Assembly: GCA_963784355.1 (NCBI GenBank)
Contig: CAWAQU010000012.1
Span: forward strand, 96,001 to 160,000
Direction: 5' to 3'
DNA length: 64,000 bases
DNA from: an uncultured bacterium
GTDB taxonomy: Bacteria > Patescibacteriota > JACMRA01
Under the pieces are notes generated by a model. It saw only the letters and a program-made list of their open reading frames with translations. It did not search any database and was not told the origin of the DNA. A program made the translations under genes and the position numbers. Position 1 is the first letter of the stretch, and each line of letters opens with the position of its first letter. Positions 10,522-19,936 of this stretch are shown here, piece after piece.

Positions 10522-10956
10522 ATGAACAACGAGTCTAATTTTGATCGACGAGCTGCAGAAAACCGCAGCAAAGAGCTACTTATTACTACAATATCTTCAA
10601 ATTTGGTTAGGATTAGTAATATACTTAAACCAAGGGAAGAAAAATCTGAATATATGCCAAGTTTGGATACATTAGAACTTGAAATTTTGAACGCCCAATC
10701 TCCTGACCTTCGTGAAAGAATTGAAAATATTAAAACTAGCTTGTCAGTTAGCGATGAAAAAAGCTTAAGTCGAATATTAAATCCAAATGATTCTTATTTA
10801 ACGATTTCAAGAATTAAGTTGGAACTACCGGTCATTAATGATGAAATTGAAAAGCTAGCTTTAAGCGTAACTAGACATGGTAAAACGTTAAGTTCTGGGC
10901 TTCGAATAATAAAGCAAGATTTAGCTAATATATCTAGATTGATTAACAGTCTTTAA
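10522..10956 (+). CDS. Hypothetical protein (ORFan)
   Basis: Open frame. Start chosen from TTGACA-17-CATAAT-7nt-ATG geometry. Confidence 0.6.
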   Translation: MNNESNFDRRAAENRSKELLITTISSNLVRISNILKPREEKSEYMPSLDTLELEILNAQSPDLRERIENIKTSLSVSDEKSLSRILNPNDSYLTISRIKLELPVINDEIEKLALSVTRHGKTLSSGLRIIKQDLANISRLINSL

Positions 10957-10978
10957 AAATTGAAAAAAAGTTTAAAAT

Positions 10979-11512
10979 TTAAACTAATAATCTATCTCCA
11001 TATAAACTCAATAACTTCTGAACTTTAGGGTTGATCACTATTCTACAATACCCTTGGTTTTGGTTGTTATTAAAGTAATTTTGATGATAATCCTCTGCCG
11101 GGTAAAATTTTTCTAGGGCTACAATTTCCGTAACTATAGGATCTGAATATACTTTTTCAGCTTCAGTTTTCAATTTAGATTTTTCAGCTATTTCTTTTTG
11201 CTCTTCTGTCTCATATAAAATAATTGATCTATACTGTGTACCTTCATCCGCTCCTTGTTTATTTAGAGTGGTTGGGTCGTGTAGATGCCAAAAAATTTCC
11301 AGAATTGTACTCAAGTCTATGATTCCTGGATCAAATGTAATTTGTATAACTTCGGCATGTCCTGTATTACCTGTGCAAATCTCTCTATAGGTTGGGCTTG
11401 CTGTATGTCCTCCTGCATAACCGGAAACTACTTTTAGTACTCCATTTAATCTTTGAAAAATAGCTTCTGTACACCAAAAACATCCTCCACCAAATACAAT
11501 ATTTTCTGTCAT
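10979..11512 (-). CDS. msrA: Peptide-methionine (S)-S-oxide reductase
   Basis: GGGCFWC, TGHAEV, GTQYRS, FYPAEDYHQNY. Confidence 0.97.
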   Translation of the reverse strand: MTENIVFGGGCFWCTEAIFQRLNGVLKVVSGYAGGHTASPTYREICTGNTGHAEVIQITFDPGIIDLSTILEIFWHLHDPTTLNKQGADEGTQYRSIILYETEEQKEIAEKSKLKTEAEKVYSDPIVTEIVALEKFYPAEDYHQNYFNNNQNQGYCRIVINPKVQKLLSLYGDRLLV

Positions 11513-11557
11513 ATTCTAAATATGAAAGTATGCTTATGTATTGGCAAGTCTTTTTGC

Positions 11558-13300
11558 TTAATCTTCCAAAACCTGTTGACTGGAGTAGATACTTTGATAT
11601 TCCGAATTATTTTTCAAAAGCTCATCATGAGTACCAATACCAACTAGCTCTCCTTCCATCAAGACAATAATTTGATCAAAATCTTTTACAGCATCAATTT
11701 TTTGAGTAATACTAACCAAGGTTAAATTAGGATACTTATCTTGTAACCTCTGCCAAATTTCTTTTTCAGTCTGATTGTCCACTCTAGCAGTAAAATCATC
11801 TAAAAGTAGTATTTTAGGCTCAATTGCAAGACTTCTAGCAAGCATTAATCTTTGTTTCTGGCCACCTGATAAACTAGCACCTCTTTCGCTTATTTGAGTC
11901 TCCAAACCATTTTCTAAAGATTCTACAAATTCATCAAGTTTTGAAGTAAATACTGCATTATTTAAGTTTTCTTCGGAAACCAAATTAGAAAACACAATAT
12001 TTTCTTTAAGGCTACCTTGAAAAACCAAACTATCCTGAAATACAATACCGATTTGACTTAATAGTTGTTTTTTACTCCACTCAGGTAACTTTACTCCATC
12101 AATCAAAATTTCTCCGCTTGTAGGGTGATTTAGACCAATTAACATTGTAAATAGCTGGGATTTACCGGCACCTGTTGGTCCTAAAATTGCTGTCCTAGAT
12201 CCTGGTTTAATTTCAAAGTTTATATCTTTTAAGATATGTTTTCCATTTATTATTAGATTCAAATCTTTTACAGAAATAGCTCCTTTAATTTCCTTATCAT
12301 AATTACCATCAAAGTCCTCATTTGGGGCTTCTAAAATATCTTCAATTCTTTGATATGAAATCAGACCTCTAGATAGTCCTTGGCTTGTAAAACCAAGAAT
12401 AAAAATTGGCATTATAAGTAAATTGAAATATGTTATAAAACTAGCAAACTGACCAAAGGTCAAACTATTATTTACTATAAGTGAGCCACCAATAAATAAA
12501 ATTAGGACAGTAGCTAGATTGGAAATTAGATTAATACTTGGGATTAGTAAAGAAAATAAAGAAATTATATTTAAACTAATACCTCTAGCCTCTCTATTTA
12601 CTTTTTGGAACTTTTTTTCCTCCCAGCTTTGGCTATTTATTACTCTAACTAAACTAGAGCCGAAAATACTCTCGTTTACTACTTGGTTGACTTTGCTAAT
12701 ATTTTGTTGAGCTTTTCTAAAAAGAGGTGAGATTTGGCGAAAAATAACCACAAACACAATTATAATTACCGGCAAAATTGACAGTGCTATGGTTGCTAAA
12801 TAAGCATTTGTAATCAATAACATTACACAAGATCCAACTAGTAGAAATACTGCAGTTAAGAGGTAAACTATACCTTGGGATATTACAGATTTTACATTGT
12901 TTACATCTGAAGTAAAAATAGTTATTAAATCACTAGCCCCATACTTATTTACAAAGCTAAAACTACTTTTAGATAATTTTTTGATTAGTTTTTCTCTGAG
13001 ATCTTTGGCGATTTTTTCCGATAAATAAGTGGTAATACCTCCTTGAAGTACTGCAAGTGCAAAAATTTCGAAAACTAAAACCCCAAGAATCGTGTAATTC
13101 ATGATTGATAGACTTCCCTGATCTTTTTGGAAAGCATCAATATAATTACCAACTAATCTCGGCAAGAATAGGTTTAATCCATTTGCAGCTAAAATTATTA
13201 GTAATGATAAAATTAAAGTTTTTAAGTACGGCTTGAGTAATCTAACCAAAGGAGAACTTTTCGGTTTTGTTTGGGCCTGTGTTTCGATATTTTTGTCCAT
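11558..13300 (-). CDS. ABC exporter, fused TMD-NBD (degenerate-site half of a heterodimer)
   Basis: GPTGAGKS, LSGGQKQR, Walker B LLLDD (D replaces catalytic E), ITQK replaces the H-loop. Confidence 0.92.
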   Translation of the reverse strand: MDKNIETQAQTKPKSSPLVRLLKPYLKTLILSLLIILAANGLNLFLPRLVGNYIDAFQKDQGSLSIMNYTILGVLVFEIFALAVLQGGITTYLSEKIAKDLREKLIKKLSKSSFSFVNKYGASDLITIFTSDVNNVKSVISQGIVYLLTAVFLLVGSCVMLLITNAYLATIALSILPVIIIVFVVIFRQISPLFRKAQQNISKVNQVVNESIFGSSLVRVINSQSWEEKKFQKVNREARGISLNIISLFSLLIPSINLISNLATVLILFIGGSLIVNNSLTFGQFASFITYFNLLIMPIFILGFTSQGLSRGLISYQRIEDILEAPNEDFDGNYDKEIKGAISVKDLNLIINGKHILKDINFEIKPGSRTAILGPTGAGKSQLFTMLIGLNHPTSGEILIDGVKLPEWSKKQLLSQIGIVFQDSLVFQGSLKENIVFSNLVSEENLNNAVFTSKLDEFVESLENGLETQISERGASLSGGQKQRLMLARSLAIEPKILLLDDFTARVDNQTEKEIWQRLQDKYPNLTLVSITQKIDAVKDFDQIIVLMEGELVGIGTHDELLKNNSEYQSIYSSQQVLED

Positions 13301-13447
13301 GTGAATTTAGCTAGAGTTAAGCTTGACTTTTTATTTATTGTCAAAACTGTAGGTAAGTTGAAACCCTACTTAGTCATATTAAATAAATTTTGTTTTAACA
13401 GAGCTAATTAAATCTAATAATATAAATAACTGTGTACCTTACCTAAA

Positions 13448-13885
13448 TTAATTTTGATAGCCGGTTGAATTACCTAAGTATCTGGGTCTGGTAGATTCGC
13501 CAGCTGCTAAGCTAGGTCTAAGTTGAGACTGCGTTGTCACAACCCAAATTTTTAAGTTATCAATACTTTCTAATGCACCTGATAAATTATTAATACTTTT
13601 TTGTGTATTTTGGTCCTTCAAACAATCATTTTCCAGATTTTCTAGATCTTTTTTAATTACACACAATTGATCAAAAGCGCCTGAATTATTTTTACCTACT
13701 TTGAGTTGATTATAAATGTTGTTGCATTTTTGGCCAATTTCCGTAAAACGCTGCTCTGCAGTTTTTGGTTCAATTGGAAGTAGCTGCTCTTGCGACTTAA
13801 TTATGCCATTATTTACGGGAATATTTTGTGTTTCTAAACGTGGTTTGTTGTTGCGTATATTATTACGAGGTATATCAATAGACAT
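13448..13885 (-). CDS. Hypothetical protein downstream of an attenuator-like leader
   Basis: 145-aa open frame, no recognised motif. Confidence 0.6.
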   Translation of the reverse strand: MSIDIPRNNIRNNKPRLETQNIPVNNGIIKSQEQLLPIEPKTAEQRFTEIGQKCNNIYNQLKVGKNNSGAFDQLCVIKKDLENLENDCLKDQNTQKSINNLSGALESIDNLKIWVVTTQSQLRPSLAAGESTRPRYLGNSTGYQN

Positions 13886-13981
13886 AAAATTAATAAAATA
13901 AAAAATTTATAAAATTGTAATGAACTAATTAGCTAATAGTTTTTACGAGATTGAAAAATAGTTTTGTTTTAATTTTAGCAT

Positions 13982-14097
13982 AAAAAAATCTCCCGGTTGT
14001 TGGGAGTCTGGTTTGAGTAAATTTAGTTTTATACAACAATCTAGGCCCCCGTATTATCAGGAAGAATGAGACTAAAAATAAATGTTGCAAAAAACAT
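13982..14097 (-). promoter_or_regulatory. Leader peptide (MFFATFIFSLILPDNTGA, 14097-14041) plus terminator hairpin; attenuator A
   Basis: uORF followed by CTCCC-AACAACC-GGGAG-ATTTTTTT. GGGGGCCTAGATTG at the uORF end can pair with CAAACCAGACTCCC. Confidence 0.6.
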
Positions 14098-14209
14098 AAT
14101 TAAGCCTAAGAAACCATATTTATTGTGTTTTGTCAAGAGCTAGAACTACAAAAGTGCATGTGTATATTAATATTAAATATATTGGTGAAAGCGCTTAAAA
14201 TTCACCTTA

Positions 14210-15280
14210 TCAGATTAATTTCAAAAAATCAGTTAGAATTAAGTAAAAATTCTCAAGGCTTTTAATATCAACCCATTCACTATCAGTCCCTATACCTCCA
14301 CCAATTGGACCAAACTCTATTCCTTTTCCGCCAATTTTAGTATAATGTCTTGAATCTGAAGATCCTTGTGCACCATAAAAATTGACCTTTGAATTTAGCC
14401 TCGATTCAGTTGCTTGTTTGAGTTTTTGTAGATACCTATTATCCTCTTCTACAAATAGTGGACTTTCTTCTGCAATAACTTCAATTTTAAAATCTGAAGG
14501 CAGCATATTTTTGATATCATTTAAAACATTTTCATATTTACCTGGTATAGATCTGATATCAAGACAAATATTACAATTATCTGGAATTTTATTATATGTC
14601 TGGTTTGTAGTTTCAATTGATGCTAAGTTTGCAGTAGTATCCCAAATTTGCTCGACAGGTAAAGGATACTTTTCAAGTAATATATCAAGAAATTTATGCA
14701 TTTTCCAGATTGCATTTTCTCCTCTATGAGGATAAGCGCCATGTGCTGTAGTTCCACTACAGGAAATTCTAAGCCATACAACTCCTTTAGCTTGATTAAC
14801 GATGTCAAAATTAGTGGTTTCACCTGCTATAACAAAATCTGCTCTAACTCCTTTATCAATTTGAAATTTCGTACCATGAAAACCACCAATTTCCTCATCT
14901 GTAACAAGCTGAATTGCAAATGGATAACCTACCTTGCTAGCCATTGTTTTAAACACAAAAATCATTGTTGCAACACTAGATTTCATATCCATAGAACCCA
15001 CTCCATATAATCTAGAATCTTTTATTTCTGGAATATACTGATAATCTTTCCCAGGAATGACATCCAAATGTCCATTCAGTATTACTTTGAATTTTTCAGG
15101 CCTGACTTGTGAATTGTAAGCAAGTAAACTCTTGTAACCATTACTTTCAAATTCCTCCAAAGTAAATTCATTCAGTTCACTTATAGCTAAATTGAGAATC
15201 TCATTTAGTGCTTGTTTGTTGTCCGGGTCCGATTTGATATGGATAAATTTTTGGCTAAGTTCAAGTATTTTTTGTATCAT
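14210..15280 (-). CDS. M20-family metallopeptidase/amidohydrolase (ArgE/DapE-like)
   Basis: NGHLDVIP, GSMDMK, TDEEIGG, GTTAHGA, SSDSRHY. Confidence 0.9.
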   Translation of the reverse strand: MIQKILELSQKFIHIKSDPDNKQALNEILNLAISELNEFTLEEFESNGYKSLLAYNSQVRPEKFKVILNGHLDVIPGKDYQYIPEIKDSRLYGVGSMDMKSSVATMIFVFKTMASKVGYPFAIQLVTDEEIGGFHGTKFQIDKGVRADFVIAGETTNFDIVNQAKGVVWLRISCSGTTAHGAYPHRGENAIWKMHKFLDILLEKYPLPVEQIWDTTANLASIETTNQTYNKIPDNCNICLDIRSIPGKYENVLNDIKNMLPSDFKIEVIAEESPLFVEEDNRYLQKLKQATESRLNSKVNFYGAQGSSDSRHYTKIGGKGIEFGPIGGGIGTDSEWVDIKSLENFYLILTDFLKLI

Positions 15281-15335
15281 AGGTAAGTTGTAAATTTGGT
15301 ACAATATTACGTGACTTTTAAAAATATTGCAAGCT

Positions 15336-17237
15336 TTACATTTCTACTGGAGCCCATACAGTATCTTTAGAACCGTGCACTCTATTTTGTTCTGCCTCTT
15401 TAGTATTGAGGGGCATTAGAGATCTAAACCCTCCTCCAACTAGTACTACTCCTTTAGGGCCAGTAAACAAAAAATTTCTATCAATTGCAATATATTTATC
15501 ACCTTCATTTCTATCATTTAATAAATTTTGGTTTGGCACTGTAATTGTTATAGGCTTCATTTCAGGCTGAAATACATATGCACCACGTTGTTGCATTTCC
15601 TTTTCAAGTTTTTCTACAAAATCAGGTTTTATAGGATTTACTCCAATTAGATGACCATAGCATCCATAAGCATCTGTTAAAGGTTTTCCTCGTAAGGTCA
15701 AATTACCAGCTTTTGCACTCTCAAGATCAATGCCTCTATTTGATAAAAAACTCTCAAATTGTTTTGTAAACGGAGTAGTAAAATTATTAATGTCATATAG
15801 TTGAACTGGCTCAATTTCTAAAATGTTCAAACTATTATTTAAATTGGAAAGTAGTGTCGTTGTAGTCTTAACTTTTTCATCTTGATTTAAAGCCTTTTTA
15901 GAAATAAGCTCTAAAAGTAAATTAGTAACTTTGTCTATCTGACCAATTGTATTTGTTATAATCTGGTTTTTATGTGTAAAGGTAGTTTCAATATTTGACT
16001 GGGCTTCATTTTTTAGTTTGGTAAGTCTTAATTGTGCATTGCTATGTTCCGTTAGGTCATAATCCGATGTCTTGTATAAATTCTTCATTTTTTTAATTTT
16101 GTTCAGTTGTCTTGAGTATGAGCTTATTTGTAAGTTTTTACTTAGTGCTTCGGTCTTTTGTTTTTGATTGTCTCTAATTAAATTTTGTAATTGCCTTTTT
16201 AATAATTGTAAATGTGTGTACGAAAGGTAATTTTTATTAAATATATCTTCCATTTTCCTAACAACATATGCCATTTTAGTATCTTCCATATATTCCTTTG
16301 TATCATTTATTTTCTTGCTGGAATCTGAATCATTTGGATTGTTGACGTTCATAGTTAGAGAATTAGCCTTAATTTGCTTTCTCATTTCATCATTACCAAG
16401 TAGTGGGTGTTCTACTGCAGCGTTAGGATTTTTTAATTTATTTACTGGATCAGAAGATCTTACGTATAGTAATGTTTGACACTCTCCATTGTTCTCAGTT
16501 AAGTGCTCTTTAAATTGATTTGGACCCCAAACATCATTAAAGCCAGATTTGTCCATTATATATTGACTATTGGGTTCAGAGGAATTTTCTACTCCAAATT
16601 CTGAAGCTAGGATAGCACGGTATTTTTGTTCTGTTACCGCCAGCATTACAATATTTTTGCCGGTTCTATTCCTTATTCCGTCTAGAGTTTGCCTGAATGC
16701 TATGCTAAATTGACTTTGAGCGTCTCCTTTTTGAAAAAGTATTTCTAAAAGTGGAGTCATAGCCATAGAGTTTTCAATTTCAAATATTAAATTCCTTACT
16801 ACTTCCTTTACTGTATCTTTCTTGAATTTTCCAGAAGCGCAAGCTTGTAAAAATTTTTCTGGTAAGGCTTGCATATCAATCTGTACTCCATAGCTAACGG
16901 GAAATCCATTAATAATACAATATTGATAATCAGTTTTCCATTCTCGATTTTTCTCAATAAGAGGTGTAAATGCATTATTATATTCTGTGTATAACTCTTT
17001 TAATACGTCTACTACGATTTGAGGGTAGACCGTTTTATATTCCTGCATGACTGGATACCCTCCTTTAGGCGTCAAACTACTTTCAAAGGGTACCCTCTGA
17101 ATCTGGGCTATGTTGGGTTCAATTACCAAGTTTTGATTATTTTTAAAAGTGTGTTCCAGAGCACGAATTTGACCTTTATTAGGCTCTGTTGTGGTTTCTG
17201 ATATTTGGGTGTTGTACGATGATATTATTTCTGACAT
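15336..17237 (-). CDS. Hypothetical protein, possibly ATP-grasp-like ligase with a coiled-coil insertion
   Basis: C-terminal GKPLTDAYGCYG, YVFQPEM and IDRNF resemble ATP-grasp elements. The fold is inferred only. Confidence 0.5.
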   Translation of the reverse strand: MSEIISSYNTQISETTTEPNKGQIRALEHTFKNNQNLVIEPNIAQIQRVPFESSLTPKGGYPVMQEYKTVYPQIVVDVLKELYTEYNNAFTPLIEKNREWKTDYQYCIINGFPVSYGVQIDMQALPEKFLQACASGKFKKDTVKEVVRNLIFEIENSMAMTPLLEILFQKGDAQSQFSIAFRQTLDGIRNRTGKNIVMLAVTEQKYRAILASEFGVENSSEPNSQYIMDKSGFNDVWGPNQFKEHLTENNGECQTLLYVRSSDPVNKLKNPNAAVEHPLLGNDEMRKQIKANSLTMNVNNPNDSDSSKKINDTKEYMEDTKMAYVVRKMEDIFNKNYLSYTHLQLLKRQLQNLIRDNQKQKTEALSKNLQISSYSRQLNKIKKMKNLYKTSDYDLTEHSNAQLRLTKLKNEAQSNIETTFTHKNQIITNTIGQIDKVTNLLLELISKKALNQDEKVKTTTTLLSNLNNSLNILEIEPVQLYDINNFTTPFTKQFESFLSNRGIDLESAKAGNLTLRGKPLTDAYGCYGHLIGVNPIKPDFVEKLEKEMQQRGAYVFQPEMKPITITVPNQNLLNDRNEGDKYIAIDRNFLFTGPKGVVLVGGGFRSLMPLNTKEAEQNRVHGSKDTVWAPVEM

Positions 17238-17371
17238 AAACAAAATACCTCCCTTGATTGGGAGGCTGGTTAAAATTTATTATTATTTAATAATATAGTT
17301 TAAATCCAAACACTCCCTAACTCACTAAACATGAGTAACCAGAGATTTATAAAAATGGATTTGAATTGCAT
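17238..17371 (-). promoter_or_regulatory. Leader peptide (MQFKSIFINLWLLMFSELGSVWI, 17371-17300) plus hairpin; attenuator B
   Basis: uORF, then CCTCCC-AATCAA-GGGAGG-TATTTTGTTT-ATG. GGGAGTGTTTGG in the uORF is complementary to CCAGCCTCCC. Confidence 0.6.
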
Positions 17372-17486
17372 ACTATTAAACTTAAGTCCAAATACAGCGC
17401 ATTTTCATCCTTTTGTCAAGAGCAAATGCAGTAAATAATGGTTGACTAATCAGCTATATTGCTTTTAATATAAGTACAGCTTATTT

Positions 17487-18083
17487 ATGTCCTCAAATTT
17501 TCGCTTAAAATGGTATCACGGAGTAATATTCTTCGTTATTGTAAATTTAATAGGTTTTGGCTGGGGAATTGAAGTACGAGAATACTATGCTAATCTAAAC
17601 AAGCCATGGTTTGCCCCTGCAACTTGGGTATTTGGAATAGCCTGGACTGTAAATAATATATTAGTTATAACCGGAAATATTTGGGCTTTTAATCTATTTC
17701 AGGATTTGCAAGCAAAAAAGGATAAAGTACTCAGCAACTCTAAAACTGCAAGTGTATTTAGTAATCTAAAGCTTTACGGTACATTTCAGGTTTTGTCTTG
17801 GGTAAATTTTATGATTTTTCAGTATGTATCTTTTGGTACACAAATTCCTGCTATGTTTTTCTGGCCAACTTTTTCTATGTGGCTAATTACAGTGATTAGT
17901 ATGTATTTTGCAGGGCAGATTGATACACAAAGAGCTTGGGTTGAAAATCCTGAATTGCCAAGATTCGAAGCTTTTTGGCAAACTGTGATAAAAGGTAGGA
18001 GTATTATTTTCACTTTTACTACTTTAATAATTTGGTTGAGTATAGCTAGTTTGCTAGGTCACTACATCTGGTGGAATAACTAA
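17487..18083 (+). CDS. tspO: TspO/MBR family membrane protein
   Basis: YANLNKPWFAPATWVFGIAWT; C-terminal WLSIASLLGHYIWWNN. Confidence 0.85.
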   Translation: MSSNFRLKWYHGVIFFVIVNLIGFGWGIEVREYYANLNKPWFAPATWVFGIAWTVNNILVITGNIWAFNLFQDLQAKKDKVLSNSKTASVFSNLKLYGTFQVLSWVNFMIFQYVSFGTQIPAMFFWPTFSMWLITVISMYFAGQIDTQRAWVENPELPRFEAFWQTVIKGRSIIFTFTTLIIWLSIASLLGHYIWWNN

Positions 18084-18159
18084 ATCTTCGAATTGCTAAA
18101 ATAATACATTGGTATGATAAGCATTTGCCAAATTATGTTTTGTATATAAAATATTAAAT

Positions 18160-18864
18160 ATGCTTGATAGCATTTGGAAAGACTTACAAAGTGTTAGCTC
18201 CAGAGAAAAAGCAGCTAGCTCATCCAGATTTTTTAAAACTGGAATAGGCCAATATGGCGAAGGAGATATTTTTATTGGAGTGACCGTACCAGAGCAAAGA
18301 AAAGTAGCTCAGAAGTACTATAAAGATGTAGATTTAGATGAAATTCAAGATCTTTTAAATAGTAAAATTCATGAGTATAGGCTTACTGCTTTAATTATTT
18401 TGACGCTCAAATTTAAAAAAGCTGATAGCACTGAGCAAAAAGAAATTGTTGACTTCTATCTAAAAAATACAGAAAATATCAATAACTGGGACTTAGTAGA
18501 TGGCTCAGCTCCCTATATTTTAGGAAAATACTTGCTTGATAAACCACGAGAAATTTTGTACAGTTTGGCTAAATCCGGGACGCTATGGGAAGAAAGAATC
18601 TCAGTGCTAGCAACCTACACTTTTATCAAAAACAATGACTTTGAGGATATTCTAAAACTGGCTAAGTTATTTTTAAGCCATAGGCACGATTTGATGCATA
18701 AAGCAGTAGGTTGGATGCTTCGTGAAGTAGGTAAACAAAATATTTTGGTACTTGAGCAGTTTTTAAAAGAAAATTATAAAACAATGCCCAGGACAATGCT
18801 TAGGTACGCTATTGAAAAATTTGAACCGGAAATCAGGAATAAAATCTTAACCGGAGAATACTAA
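18160..18864 (+). CDS. alkD: AlkD-like DNA alkylation repair protein
   Basis: FIGVTVP, INNWDLVD, HKAVGWMLRE, RTMLRYAIE. Confidence 0.9.
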   Translation: MLDSIWKDLQSVSSREKAASSSRFFKTGIGQYGEGDIFIGVTVPEQRKVAQKYYKDVDLDEIQDLLNSKIHEYRLTALIILTLKFKKADSTEQKEIVDFYLKNTENINNWDLVDGSAPYILGKYLLDKPREILYSLAKSGTLWEERISVLATYTFIKNNDFEDILKLAKLFLSHRHDLMHKAVGWMLREVGKQNILVLEQFLKENYKTMPRTMLRYAIEKFEPEIRNKILTGEY

Positions 18865-18871
18865 TAAAATT

Positions 18872-19528
18872 ATGTCTAAAAATGATAAAATAATAAAAAT
18901 CTTAGATCAGCTGATATTTGGAAGTTTGCTTTTGACCGTTCCAGTTGAAATATATTTAAAGAGTTGGCACGCCTTGATGATGAGCTTATTCAGCATATTT
19001 GTAATTTGCACTGCCAAATTCTTTCTGAAGAAATCAGATATAAACCTACCTGTAGAATTCAGTTTATTTCTAACGGTTTTTATATACTGCTCGGTTTTTT
19101 TGGGTGAGGGAAATGATTTTTATACTAAATTTTGGTGGTGGGATTTAGTTTTACACACATCCTCTGGAATGGTATTTGGTTTTGTGGGATTTATGATATT
19201 GTATATTTTGTACAGAATCAAAAAATTTACAGCTAGTGTATTTTTAATTGCCTTATTTACTTTTTCTTTCTCTGTAGCAATAGGAGCAATTTGGGAAATC
19301 TTAGAATTTACAATGGATCAGTTATTTAAAACAAATATGCAGAGATCAGGCCTTTTAGACACCATGAAAGACTTGATTGTGGATACCGTAGGAGCATTAA
19401 TCACTTCTGTTTGCGGCTATTTTTATTTAAAGAAGAGTGGAGACTCTTTTGATTGGTTTGAAACTTTGCTTGAAAGATTTGTCCACAAAAATCCTAAATT
19501 AGTAACTAAATTAAAAAAACAATCTTAA
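18872..19528 (+). CDS. Integral membrane protein (DUF2238-like)
   Basis: WWDLVLHTSSG, AIWEILEF, DTMKDLIVD. Confidence 0.75.
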   Translation: MSKNDKIIKILDQLIFGSLLLTVPVEIYLKSWHALMMSLFSIFVICTAKFFLKKSDINLPVEFSLFLTVFIYCSVFLGEGNDFYTKFWWWDLVLHTSSGMVFGFVGFMILYILYRIKKFTASVFLIALFTFSFSVAIGAIWEILEFTMDQLFKTNMQRSGLLDTMKDLIVDTVGALITSVCGYFYLKKSGDSFDWFETLLERFVHKNPKLVTKLKKQS

Positions 19529-19543
19529 AATCGATTATAATAT

Positions 19544-19888
19544 ATGACACTCACAGACTACCAAAAAGCTGCTAAAACTACACTTATACACACAGATAAA
19601 GAAGTAGATAACAAGGATTATCTTTTATTCAGAATGGTGCTTGGTTTGCTTGGAGAAACAGGGGAAGTGGCTGAAAAAATCAAAAAACAACTTAGAACCG
19701 GAATTGATTATAACGATGAAAAATTTAAGGAAGACTTGAAAAAAGAACTGGGAGATGTGTTGTGGTATATGTCCATGCTAGCCGAAGTGTATGGCTTTGA
19801 TTTAGAATCAGTTGCGCAGACAAATATTGAAAAATTAAGCGCTAGAAAGGCAAGCGGAACTATTTTCGGTAGTGGGGATAATAGGTAG
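19544..19888 (+). CDS. MazG-like nucleoside triphosphate pyrophosphohydrolase
   Basis: GLLGETGEVAEKIKK, KELGDVLWY, GSGDNR. Confidence 0.9.
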   Translation: MTLTDYQKAAKTTLIHTDKEVDNKDYLLFRMVLGLLGETGEVAEKIKKQLRTGIDYNDEKFKEDLKKELGDVLWYMSMLAEVYGFDLESVAQTNIEKLSARKASGTIFGSGDNR

Positions 19889-19936
19889 GTGCAATTATTG
19901 ATCAAAATATTTAAATACCTGAATTATATTAAATAA

